Origin: Basidiobolus meristosporus CBS 931.73
Taxonomy: Eukaryota > Fungi > Basidiobolomycota
DNA length: 64,000 nt
Assembly: GCA_002104905.1 (NCBI GenBank)
Contig: MCFE01000325.1
Coordinates: forward strand, 1 to 64,000
Direction of reading: 5' to 3'
Position numbers and translations under genes: made by a program. Below the pieces are notes generated by a model, which saw only the letters and a list, made by a program, of their open reading frames with translations, was not told the origin of the DNA and did not search any database. Below, in pieces: positions 24,087 through 35,195 of this stretch (positions are counted from its first letter, which is position 1; each line of letters opens with the position of its first letter).

Positions 24087-25847
24087 ATGAGCGGAAACGA
24101 CGTCCCATCCAGCTTTTCTAAGCTTTCACTTAATGCAGGCGCTACCGAGTTCAGACCTAACCCCAAAGCCAGGGAATTCGTACCCACCTGGATGTCAAAG
24201 ACTGATGCTCCTGCCAAGACTGTGAGCCTCGGCTCTGAGGCTCCTGCCAAGGCAGTTAGCTTGTCCATCGGCTCTGAGGCTCCTGCCAAGGCAGTCAGCT
24301 TGTCCATCGGCTCCGATGCTCCTGCCAAGGCAGTCAGCTTGTCTCTTGGCGCTTCCAACCCAGCACCACCACCTGCTGCTGAACCAGTTAAGGTTGAAGC
24401 ACCCAAGGTAGAGGCTCCTAAGCCAGAGGCCCCCAAGCCTAAGGTGGAGGCCCCTAAGCCCAAGGCTGAGGCCCCACCTAAGGTTACCGAGGCTCCTGAG
24501 GTCACCGAGCAAGACAAGGAAGATGAGCTTTTGTTGGATGAGCACTTTAAGGAACACGTGAACGTCGTCTTCATCGGTCACGTTGATGCCGGTAAATCCA
24601 CCATGGGAGGTAACATTCTTTTCCTTACCGGTATGGTTGACAAGAGAACCATGGAGAAGTATGAGAGAGAAGCTAAAGAACAAAACAGAGAGTCTTGGTA
24701 CTTGTCCTGGGCCCTTGACACCAACGCTGAGGAGCGTAACAAGGGTAAGACTGTCGAGTGCGGTCGCGCCTATTTCGAAACCGACAAGCGCAGATACACC
24801 ATCCTTGATGCCCCTGGTCACAAGAACTTCGTTCCCAGCATGATTGGTGGTGCATCCCAAGCCGATCTTGGTGTGCTTGTCATTTCCGCTCGTAAGGGTG
24901 AATTCGAAACCGGTTTCGAAAGAGGCGGCCAGACCCGCGAGCACGCCGTTCTCGCCAAGACCTCCGGTGTCAGACGCTTGATTGTTGTGATCAACAAGAT
25001 GGACGACCCCACCGTTGAATGGTCCCAGGAAAGATACGACGAGTGTGTCACCAAACTCACACCTTTCTTGAAGGCCAGTGGCTACAACCCCAAGACCGAT
25101 CTCGACTTCATGCCCGTTTCTGGCTACACAGGCGCCAACATCAAGGATCGCGCTCCCGCTAGCGTGTGCCCCTGGTACACCGGACCATCCCTCCTAGAAT
25201 TGTTAGATAACATGCAAACCATTGAGAGAAAGGTGAACTCACCTTTGATGATCCCCATCACCGAGAAGTACAAGGACATGGGTACCATCGTCGTTGGCAA
25301 GATTGAATCCGGCAAGATTCGCAAGGGACAGTCCATCCTGTTGATGCCTAACAAGAAGCCCGCCGAAATCTCCGCCATCTACTCGGAGGAGGATGAGGTT
25401 GAGCTCGCCATTTGCGGAGACAACGTTCGCGTCAGATTGAGAGGTGTCGAGGAAGAAGAGATCAGTGTTGGTTTCGTCATGTGCGACACCAAGAAGCCAG
25501 TCCGCTGCGTGTCTGCCTTCGAGGCGCAATTGGCCATTTTGGAACACAAGAGCATCATCTGCGCTGGTTACAACGCTGTGCTCCACGTACACGCCTCCGT
25601 TGAGGAAGCCTCCATCTCTGCCTTGCTCCACCTGATCGACAAAAAGACCGGCAGAAAGTCCAAGCGCCCACCTCAATTCGTTAAGAAGGGACAGAAGTTG
25701 ATCGCCAGAATCGAGACCGCCTCGCCAGTGTGCGTGGAGGTGTTCGATGACTATCCTCAGCTTGGTCGATTCACCCTTCGTGATGAAGGAAAGACCATTG
25801 CCATTGGTAAGATCACCAAGTTGGTTGAGCCCGACACCTCTGCTTAA
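24087..25847 (+). CDS. SUP35: Translation release factor eRF3 (Sup35/GSPT), 586 aa, intronless
   Basis: GHVDAGKST, SWYLSWALD, DAPGHKNFVPSMIGGASQAD, GGQTREH, INKMDD, FTLRDEGKTIAIGKI. N-terminal PAM2-like LNAGATEFRPNPKAREFVP. Confidence 0.97.
   Translation: MSGNDVPSSFSKLSLNAGATEFRPNPKAREFVPTWMSKTDAPAKTVSLGSEAPAKAVSLSIGSEAPAKAVSLSIGSDAPAKAVSLSLGASNPAPPPAAEPVKVEAPKVEAPKPEAPKPKVEAPKPKAEAPPKVTEAPEVTEQDKEDELLLDEHFKEHVNVVFIGHVDAGKSTMGGNILFLTGMVDKRTMEKYEREAKEQNRESWYLSWALDTNAEERNKGKTVECGRAYFETDKRRYTILDAPGHKNFVPSMIGGASQADLGVLVISARKGEFETGFERGGQTREHAVLAKTSGVRRLIVVINKMDDPTVEWSQERYDECVTKLTPFLKASGYNPKTDLDFMPVSGYTGANIKDRAPASVCPWYTGPSLLELLDNMQTIERKVNSPLMIPITEKYKDMGTIVVGKIESGKIRKGQSILLMPNKKPAEISAIYSEEDEVELAICGDNVRVRLRGVEEEEISVGFVMCDTKKPVRCVSAFEAQLAILEHKSIICAGYNAVLHVHASVEEASISALLHLIDKKTGRKSKRPPQFVKKGQKLIARIETASPVCVEVFDDYPQLGRFTLRDEGKTIAIGKITKLVEPDTSA
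24204..24350 (+). repeat. Four in-frame tandem repeats (33-39 bp; APAKAVSLSIGSE) in the eRF3 N-domain, followed by PK(V/A)EAPK repeats (~24388-24486)
   Basis: GCTCCTGCCAAG recurs at ~24207, 24240, 24279 and 24318. Confidence 0.9.
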
Positions 25848-26109
25848 ATCCCTACTCTACAATTGTAACAAAATCCACGAATAAACTATTTCGAGTAATC
25901 CATGAAGCCACTTCCCCTTGTTAAGTCCTTGTTTATTGACGGTGAGTTAGAAATCAGAAAGCAAACCAACGGAGAAATGGGATTGCATCGAGCAAGAGGC
26001 ATTGAACGTAGGCCCAAAAATTCGACAGGTGGGTTATGCAACATCATGGTGGAGGAGGAGGAGGAGGGAGGGAGGTGAGGGATAAGATGAGGATGACTAG
26101 TGGTCGAGT

Positions 26110-26645
26110 CTAATCTACGTCAACTAAAAGCATCCGTTCAAGGATGTACTGACCCTCTTTGTAGCGCTGGCTCTCTTCGTATGCTCGGACCTAGAACGCA
26201 CATGTGTTTAGTAAGTGATCCGGCGATAGAGCCCCGCAGGAGTACTAACATATCTCCATCCTACAACTCGTCGACATTTCGAGCATTGAATATCTTTGAC
26301 CACGTGAAGTCCAGTCGTCATGGACCGTTCCATCTCTTCCCCTTCGTCAACGTTCACTCTTAATTCAGGTGAGAATGCCCCGTGAGGTTGAATACGAGTG
26401 TGGGCAAGAAAATAGCCTGACAAGACTTACACTGTTCTGAAGAGATACGCTCGTCCGTGTTGCCCTTGGAATGCCTAGTCAGCCCCCAAACAGGGCTTGG
26501 AAGATGAGTGGGACCTCTTTGAGCAGCAGCCCTCGCTATACGTTACCTTTGAAACCAGACAATCCATGGTGGTAAGATGGGTCTTGCAGTCTTTGCAACC
26601 AAATACTCTATTACCCGTTAGGTAGGTTTTGTGTGCGAAGCCCAT
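26110..26645 (-). CDS. Yippee/YPEL (Moh1-like) zinc-binding protein, multi-exon
   Basis: MGFAHKTYLTGNRVFGCKDCKTHL, then after splicing MTTGLHVVKDIQCSKCRRVVGWRY and KEGQYILERMLLVDVD*. Two CxxC motifs. Confidence 0.9.
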
Positions 26646-27261
26646 GGCTTGAGGGAATAAGTGGTAAGGGTTCACGCGAATGGCCGTCTAGGCTAGTGTG
26701 TAGGTGTTGTGGTGAATAGTTTACGTCAAAGCTGGACCTCCCCAACCCCAAGTGACTGATAAGCGAGACGTTGGCGAAGCGACGGGTTTCCAAAATTTTA
26801 TCCCAGTGGATGTGCACGGTGAAGAAGTCAGCCAAGGAAGGATTCCGTGGGAGGGGAGCATCCGTGGACTATTTAGCGTGGCTCCCTGCACCATGATCGC
26901 TTTTTGCCCATGGTTTTCCTCCCGATTGCCCATGATTACTTACATGGCATCTCAGCAGAAACCAGGTGGGCCCGGACTCTCTTTTGTCCGCAGTAGCACA
27001 ACCTCACCTTCTTGATGAAAGCCAGTCACGAGGACTGGGAAATGGTTCATCCAATCGACTGCGTGAGACCAATTGCTGATTCATGGGATGTTGCCATTGG
27101 CCAACGTGTTTAAGGGTTAGGTTGTTCTATGTTGCCAGAGAGGTGGTTTATTCTATATAGTCAATCATTATATATATATATATATATGTATATATACGGG
27201 CTCCATGAACACTGCTATACAAGAGCCGTCCAAGTTTGGTGGTTGTTTACAGGCCGATTGG

Positions 27262-30200
27262 TCACTGCTTCTCGGCGAAGAACTCGTTCCATTCGATGTT
27301 CCGTCCCTTCAGAGAAGCCTGACCGTCCTCGAGGTCGTGTTTCCGTAGCGTGCGGAGGGTTTTTCTTTGCGGGTGCTCCACGAGTGCGTTGGAGATTCTC
27401 TTGGTGATGGACTTGGCCTTGGAGAATATGCTGTTCTTGGTGTGGAAATCCCGGCCCTCCAGGCCACTGAGCAGCAGGTCGTTGAAGGTGAGTTGCTGGC
27501 TCGCGTGTGCCACCGAGTTCTTGAGCGATTCGAAGGTTTGTAGGACTGTGGGTTGGAGGCTGAGTAGATGCCCAAATCTCGGTAAATCAATTGAACGTAC
27601 CTCGGTCCAGGAAGGTCACCTGGAACTCCTCGATGGGTTGATAGGCCAGCGCTGACGGGGAAATCTCGTCATCATCCACAGCGGATAAATCGCTGGTCGG
27701 GGGTGAAGTATCTGCCTTGCATTTAAGCATCATCCTGGAAGTAGATGTTGGTGAGCCCGCTGCGAAAACAGGTGGTCCGGGACGGGATGTACCTGTATTT
27801 GAAGTTGCTGGCCTGAAGAATCCCGATGGCAAACGAGTCGAAGCCCTGCTTTGGAATGGTGGTCGAGTCTATCTTCGTGCTGCTGTCTACGTACACAATC
27901 GCCAGCTGATTCTACAACAAGTCCATGTCAGTCATTTCATTTAGGGGGGGGGGGTTGCAGTGTCGAAGCAGGAAATACTTTAAATCTTGAGGTCAGATAG
28001 TCCTCCATATGGTAGATGTTCAGATAGATGTCGGCACCTCGATGCTGGAGGTGGAACGGTATAGCATTGGTTTCTACGAAGTGCAGGTGGTTAGCTAGGC
28101 CCCGGCTGTAGATGGCAGGGTACCCTTACTTTCAGCTTTGGTGAGGGCCTTCGCGGCCTCCAGCTGCAACCGGAAGCACTCTTTCTCTTTGACATTTGGA
28201 CTAATAAACGATCGTAGCCTCTGAGCTATCCAATACTCGTCCTCCACATACTCGGCGTGTGCGTGGATATAGAACCCAGTTTGTGCTGGGGCCAAAGGTG
28301 GGTTAGTTCGCCACGTATCAGGCTGGAGGAGATCACACCACTAACCTAGCGAGTCCATCTCGTACCACGACAGGCCTACCAGGCTGATCCATCCCACGAA
28401 TTCATACGGCTTCTTTCTGTCGGTCAGCAGATGCTCTTGCGACTTGGCTCGCGCAATCAACAATCGATCGTTGAACAGGAAGAAGGTGAGCTGGACCAGT
28501 GGGGTGGCCACGGTGAAGTCTACTTCTTGCACGACAAACTGGGTGATGAACTTCCGAGAGCCACTGATAATGTCGGGCTTCGTGGAGTTAGTCTCCGAGC
28601 GGGTTGGATGAACAAGGGACTGCTGCAGATACTTACTGGACAATCTTCAATGATCCGGTAGAGCTGGTGCAGCACTTTGACCGACTCCGAGTCGGGGCTC
28701 TCGTACAGGCTGGCGATCTCCTTCAGCTGCTCGTAAGCCTTCTTCAACGGACGGTAGTCGGGATGCTGCTGCGACGTGTTGGAAAAGAGCACTTGTTGAT
28801 GTATGGTCAGCCACGTGCGGATTGCGGATGATATGAAGGTGAGCTTACTGTCAAACAGAACGATGTATTTCGAGATTCGCTGGCACGGGGTCCCCAGTAG
28901 CTCGGGCAGCTCCAGGCAGTTTGGATTCTCGAGAACACGCTGGTGAGGATGAAGACGAGGATGTTAGGGAGAGCCAGCTTCGCAACTGCACAACCACATA
29001 CCTTCAGAAACTCTCGATAGCTAGCCTCGCTCTTGGCCAAAGTGTTCGAGTGCTTCAAGGCGCTAGGATAGTCAAGAACGTAGCTTTTGATTGGGCCGAA
29101 CTTGGTTAGCTAGAGGATGAGGGGGGGGGGAGGAACCGGAGTGAGTCACACTTCGTAGAGATCCATGAACCGCAAGGCCTACATTGTGCAAAAGCGTCTT
29201 GCCCAGGCCTCTGGCCTCATTGGCCTCCAATTTCTGGAGATCCTCCAGGAACTCTTCATGGATCTTGATCACCGCCTCGATGTTCGTAAAGATCTTGTTC
29301 AGGTGGTACTTCCGAAGGATCGCATGTCGACCACTCTCGGCGGATCGGCGCAGTGGGAGCACGTACGTCTAGCTAGCCTGGTTAGTGGGAGACAAGTGGT
29401 GGTCAAACAATGCTAGCAACTCACATTCATCAACGACCATAACCTCTTGACATGGTTCTTCTCGGTTTCCATCAGCTCATAGAAGGCGTTCCTCCTCTCC
29501 TTCTCCATTTCCTCAGGGGTGCGCACCTTCTTGGCCTCCGACGGGAGGGACCGGATGGCTGGGGGGACGAACTGGGCCTCCACCAGCGGGATATGCTCTG
29601 ATGTTTGAAGCTCCAGCTGAGTCCCGCATATTGCCTGGAAGTCATCCCAGGTCTCCTCCAGCTCTTCAAACAAAGTCGATTAGAAAATTTCGGCGGGGAC
29701 CAGACGGCTGGTTGCCCACTTACCAGGAGACTTGTCGGAGTCGATGAAGATCACATCCATATGGAAGGATTTGTTGATCTACAAAGAGATTACCGTGGGT
29801 TAGAAGGCGGGTGGAGTCACTGCCCGTTCATTCAGCAACCGTACCAGCTTTGCCTCCAGACTTTTGAGGACCGGGATGATGCTAGCCTCCTTGACCTGTT
29901 CGAGCTTGGCCACGATGGAGTACAGGTCGTGCTTGAACGCCTTGGCCGAAATCTCCACCACCACGTCGTTGTACTCGATGGGATGGAAGGTTGCGGTCTT
30001 GGAGTAGGTCAGCGGGAGTCGGTTGATGGTGGTGCGTTTGAAGGTCTGTCCCAGCGTCTCCTTTTCCCACTCCTGAAGTATCTCGATGTCGGTCTCCACC
30101 TTCTCCAGATACTTCTCCAGGATGTAGTACAAAAGAATCTTGTGCCGCGAATTCGAGGGGATATGCTTGCCGATGTACGAAGCGTTCGAGGTCTTCAGCA

Positions 30201-30720
30201 TGTTGCCGCTGATCTTTATCGTGGTGAATTTCTGGGGTGACGTGGGTGAGTGGGTGAGTGAAGAACGAGGGAGCTCAGAACAGCCGCAAAGAACTAACCA
30301 ATGGGGTACGGACCACCGCCACATAGTAATCGGTCGGCTTGTCATGAAGCAAGCTGATGGCGATGGTGCCAACCGGACGATAGAAGCCAAGAAAATTTTT
30401 ATGCTCTGTTCAAAACAAACTTGCTTAGCAACGAGCCAGCAGATCGGCACGGGGCCAGGTTAGGGGTACCTTTGTGGACCAGCGGGTTCTGCCAAAACAG
30501 CTGACTGTAGTAGGGTGGATTTCGGTTGTCGTTGCAGGCGAATGGTTCCTGGAGGGGGCTTCCGGGAAACCCCTGGTCTCCGTACACGTCGTACACAAAG
30601 TCGTGGTCAGCAAACCGTTTGCCGGTCACCTGTGGAGGGAAGAGGAAGTAAGCACCTGCAGAAACAAGAACTCCCGGTCCAAGATACCCTGTATTGCTCC
30701 TCTTCGGTCAAACTGGTCAT
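27262..30720 (-). CDS. Dbl-homology/PH Rho guanine nucleotide exchange factor, multi-exon
   Basis: DH motifs RRNAFYELMETEKNHV, IFTNIEAVIKIHEEFL, LLGTPCQRISKY and HPDYRPLKKAYEQL, followed by PH-like LTFFLFNDRLLIAR. Start MTSLTEEEQYR is inferred. Confidence 0.8.
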
Positions 30721-30922
30721 GGAATAGAAAGCTAGAGCAATTCGCGGTGGTCAGCCAACTCACTTTTGCTTGATTGGTGTTTATTGGTGTTAGGTTGTTT
30801 ACTTTAATCGCACTAGGGAATTAAACAGGTATCAAGCGTGATTCTGGAGTGGGACTCTGAATGGAAATGATTTATTGGATCCTCATACGAGCTAATTTAA
30901 CTACTCTGGGTCACTGCTGAGA

Positions 30923-33091
30923 TCAGTAACGCGCCCTCAGGATGGGCTGGATGACACTGTCAAGGTAGGGTGGGATGCTATTAGTTGGATTGTTTCTCTC
31001 GACCAGGGAGAAGTAGGCCGTGTACACGTCCCCATCGTATCTGCCTAGGGGTGAGTTGATAATGTGGTCGGAATAATTGAATGAGTCCACCAAAGGAATG
31101 GCGTCTGGCCGGATGGTGGCGCACAACCTATTCACCTCGGCGTCGATCAGGTCCAGGTGATCCGGGCTAAAGTATCCGCTTGCCAGGAATGGACCGGAGT
31201 TCTGCTGGATGCTATACAGTCCGTAGAGCAAACACAGCCGGCTAAGGATCGATTTCAACGAGTCGGGCGCTGCATAGATCTTGTCGACAAAATTCCGGTA
31301 GAGGAAAGCGTAATGGTGCATGCGCGCGGCATGGAGCCTCTCCACTGCACAGATCTCCATCGCCTGGTGCTTGGTGTGGCCGGCAAGGTTGGTCTCATAC
31401 TTCCGGTTCGCCTTTTCCACCGCCCTCATGGCAACCACGAACCATGCCTCGCGTATATCCTCCAGCGTGAGGTCGGCGCCGGTGAATGAGGCGGCCGAAG
31501 AGCTGTTGGTAGCGTTGCAGATACTCCACCACCCACGAAACCTTGCGGCCGCGCACCGCGTCTTGATAAGAACTTATCAGGAAGCGACCGGTTTGTAGGG
31601 TGAGGATGGTGTTGTCGCCTTCCCAGGTGCATTGGACCACGAAGTCCTGATAGAGAGAGGCCAATCCTGTGTATGAAGAGTACCCATTTCCACCGCAAGA
31701 TTGACGACACTGCTCAATCGTATTGACACAGCTCCATGTGCAAAACGCCTTCAACCCTGCGCTTGTGGCGTGGGTTTCCTTGAGCTGGATGATCACCCGA
31801 TCCATGTCCTGGCCCTTCTGCAGTTTGGCGATGAGGTCGGTGTACATGGTGTCAAGTAGGTTGCTGCTAAACTGGATGGCAAACGTTTGGGCCAGCAATG
31901 GGAGAAGCCGGTTCTGGTGAACCAGATAGTCAAGTATCTTCGTCTCCGGGCGGCCTGGCCCATCGGAGAACTGGCGTCGGGCTGCTGCGTAGCGTAGCGC
32001 AATGGTGAGCGCTTTCTTGGAGAAATTGGCGCTGTCTCGTACCATAGCGACGCGGCCGTTGATGAGCGCCCCGTAGGTGAGCTGTGGCAAGGGGGTCTGG
32101 GTCACTTGGCCATCGCGAGTAACCTTCGTGTACTTCATCAGCATGTTGTCCCGAGGGATGCGGACCTGTTGAAACCGGATCCAGCCATTGTCGATCCCAT
32201 CACGGCCCATTTTCTTCCCTATATCGCCAATGGTGATGCCTGGCAATGTGGCGTACGTCTTGGTATCCCGTAGGGGCACCAGGAAAGTGTGGACCCCGTA
32301 TCGTTTCCCTTTCACGATCAGCTGGGCGTAGACCACCGAGTGGGTCGCCGTGTGTGCGGCATTGCCAATCCACCATTTCGTTGCGGTGATGGTGGGGGTG
32401 TTGATGACAAATTCATCCCGAGTGCTATCCCAAGTGGCGGTCGTTTCCAATCCGGCCAGATTGGAGCCATGGCCAAGTTCGGTCATCGAGAAGGATCCGA
32501 TCAGTCCGTTCATGTTTATCAAGCCACCCTTGGCCCAGCGCTGAAACTGCTCGGGAGTTGCCTGCCCTCTCAAACTGTCCATAAAAACTCCGAAGTGTAG
32601 CCCAAGTCTGGTGCTAAACCCGGGGTCTAGTAGACCCAACAAGGTCAGACGGGCGCTCGTTTCCTGTGGGCCGTCCTTGGCGATATGGACCAGCGTGCTC
32701 TTGACTCTGGCTAAGGTTTTCTCTCGTACCTGCAGCAAGGATAAATTATGCTGGTCCTCCATATTCCAAACTGGGTCCGCCTGGATTTCCCTCATGAGTT
32801 GCTCGTTGAGCTTCGTGGGCCGCAGAGGAAAGGTGAGCCAAGAGGATTAGTTAGTTGTCTTGCGCAAGGTAGAGCTTGGCCATGTGCAGTACCTTGGTCT
32901 TGCCCTCGCCGCCATCCAGCAGGTAAGTCATCTCACGTATGTCAAAGGAGGGCCGACTTCTTTCCTCCGATAAATTCCTCTGGGCACTAAGGAGGGAATG
33001 CGGGTCAGTGGATCAGTAGCAGCAACAACACCACATATCTACAGTGACGTTACTCAGAGACAGGTGCTTTTGGGGAAGGTTTCTCGCTCAT
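30923..33091 (-). CDS. POX1: Acyl-CoA oxidase (peroxisomal beta-oxidation), with an apparent frameshift at ~31490-31520
   Basis: ERSRPSFDIREMTYLLDGG, SFSMTELGHGSN, TATKWWIG, IGKKMGRDGIDNGWI, GRVAMV, CRQSCGGNGY, CTWEGDNTIL, RPDAIPLVDSF and SPLGRYDGDVY. Confidence 0.9.
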
Positions 33092-33651
33092 ATTGGACTT
33101 GGAGTGGGTCTGAACGGTTACAAGGGATTAACTCAATAGTAAACAACGGAAGGCCTAATTTGGGAACAAACTCGGCGAACAGTCATCCACCACATTTATA
33201 TGGGTTTCTCCGCTATGCTAGTCCGCACCATTGTCATATGAATGGCTCCTTTAAAACCTCCTGACAAATATCAATCAACCCAACCCAACTATACGCGCAG
33301 GGAATTTTCACACATTCTCGGTAAATATGGGAAACTTAATCGAGGGTGATATTGTAGAACGTGAAATGGACTGGCTATCTGCTTCCCACCATTGCGGTGC
33401 CTACCCTCAAGGCTGTGATGGGAACATGTTGATTCCCATGGTTTCTGTCAATAGGGCCATTTCCGAAATTCCCACAAACCACCCAGATCGTTGCTGATCA
33501 TCCACTACATGCACGCAGGATCGACAACCATCATACGTTTTGTGATTATTAGGTACAAATGATTCAACTGATTTATTGCGCAGATGTGGGGCCTATTTCT
33601 TTTTCAGTGCGAACTTGAACGGCTGCGCGTTCTAGGCAATGCCGGGGTTAG

Positions 33652-34847
33652 TCAGTTTCCTCGCCGTAGGTTGATCATGGCACTTACCGCGTTCAGCTTG
33701 GCTTTTCCAATCCCAAACGATATGGGCTTGTGTGTGGCGCTAGCGAGACTCGGGGGATTCTCCGAGTCCGGCGAAGCACCCATCGCCGGGCCTTGTTTGG
33801 CGGCAGCGGCGGCCATGGCTGCCTCTTGCATTCGCTTCAGCTCCTTTTCTTCTCTTCTACGGTCCTTCTCCTTGCGCGCCTGTGACGCATCAGGGTTTTT
33901 GCTGGATTGCTTCATCTCTTGGAATCTCTGATAGAGCTACCGTGTAAGATCTCGGGCCGAGGGAACTCACTCAATGCCGAACAAACCTTCTTGTGATGGT
34001 GATCATACGAGGAGAGGTGAGACTCGTATTCGGAAATCTTCGTGTATTGCTTATCACACAGGGCACAGTAGAAGGCGGAGTTGATCTCATGGATATGTTT
34101 CTTCAGGTTTTCCTGTTCGAGCGCTTTTTGCTACCCAGGGGTTATCGACCACTCACGAACCGACGTATGCCGAAAGAAATACCTCTCGCAGCGCCTTCTG
34201 CTCCTCGCTCTCCTCCGCCATCCTCTCGCTCTCCATGGCCTTTCGTCTGGAGGTGCTCTCCAGGTGGTGCGCTTGCTCCTCTTCGTATTTTCCCAGACCG
34301 AGTCGGTCTTCTTTCAAGAGAACTTTTACCGGCTCCAGACGACCTGGTGGACCGGTTAGTCATTGTCCGATCGGTCTCGTGCTGCATACTGCTACCTACC
34401 TTGTTGTGTGCTCCCAAGCCCTTTGCCTTCCCAGCCCATTTTCACAAGAAGCTGGTAGCCAACGTTAGTGGAAGAGATTGGGGTATCCACGTCGATCACC
34501 TCCGTATCCTCCAGCTCTCCAGCGCTGATCGGAGCGGGGCCACCGTTCGGTACGAGCTGGAAACGGTCGAAGAAGCTCGGGTCCAAGGATAATCCGAGCT
34601 CTTTGAGGTAATGCTATATGGGGGACAAAGAAATGGACTACCGGGTAAACACTGGTCTAGAAAGGGTTTCGCGAGGCGTTGCAAGGGGTGGGAGGTAGGA
34701 ACTTCGGTTTCCCCCTTCCCTGGGTGTGGAATGGAGTTGACGAACGGGCGATCTGGGTCGTGGTGAGACCTCTGTGATCGCGTTCGGCTCTCTCAGGAGG
34801 AGGAAGGAAAGTGTAGCTGAATGTATATTTACCGAATTGTCCGACAT
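33652..34847 (-). CDS. G-patch + C2H2 (jaz-type) zinc-finger protein (GPATCH8-like), multi-exon; 5' end uncertain
   Basis: G-patch NVGYQLLVKMGWEGKGLG|GRLEPV..DRLGLG; zinc finger [30 protein letters not shown]. Confidence 0.8.
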
Positions 34848-35195
34848 GTCTTTCGTAGGGTTCACACTTGTTTTCAAGTGGATTCTAACCGTCCAAGGAA
34901 TCCTGGTGAGATTAATGTCTGGTATCACGTGAGAGGTGAAGGGGGGGATGATTTGACTATGTCCAACTGAAACCAACCTTAGATTCGCTGGTGAATGTTG
35001 GATAAGTTTAAGCTAAATGAGGACGACCTTATGCAAACCAATCCGGCAGCCAGATTAGGTTGAGAAATCAACCAGCCGTCAGCAGGAATTGTTTACCCAT
35101 AGGGGACTCGATTTTTAAGAGGACACCGGGGGATTTTTTTCGACCGCATTTCCCCGTAGTGAGCAGTGGGCCAGAGCAGAAAACTCCCTTCCAGG

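Noticed and set aside
24204-24350. CRISPR-like array
   Set aside because: The repeats are contiguous in-frame coding repeats without unique spacers, in a eukaryotic gene.
24195-25676. Long antisense ORFs (249 aa, 199 aa, 145 aa) opposite eRF3
   Set aside because: They are shadows of a high-GC3, strongly codon-biased gene and contain no independent motifs.
27168-27196. (TA)n tract, plus poly-G runs at ~27943 and ~29120
   Set aside because: Ordinary microsatellite or intronic homopolymers with no supporting structure.
30900-30930. Cryptic PTS1 via stop read-through on acyl-CoA oxidase (ends ARY-TGA)
   Set aside because: The context is TGA-TCT, not the TGA-CTA read-through motif, and the extension would not end in an SKL-like tripeptide.
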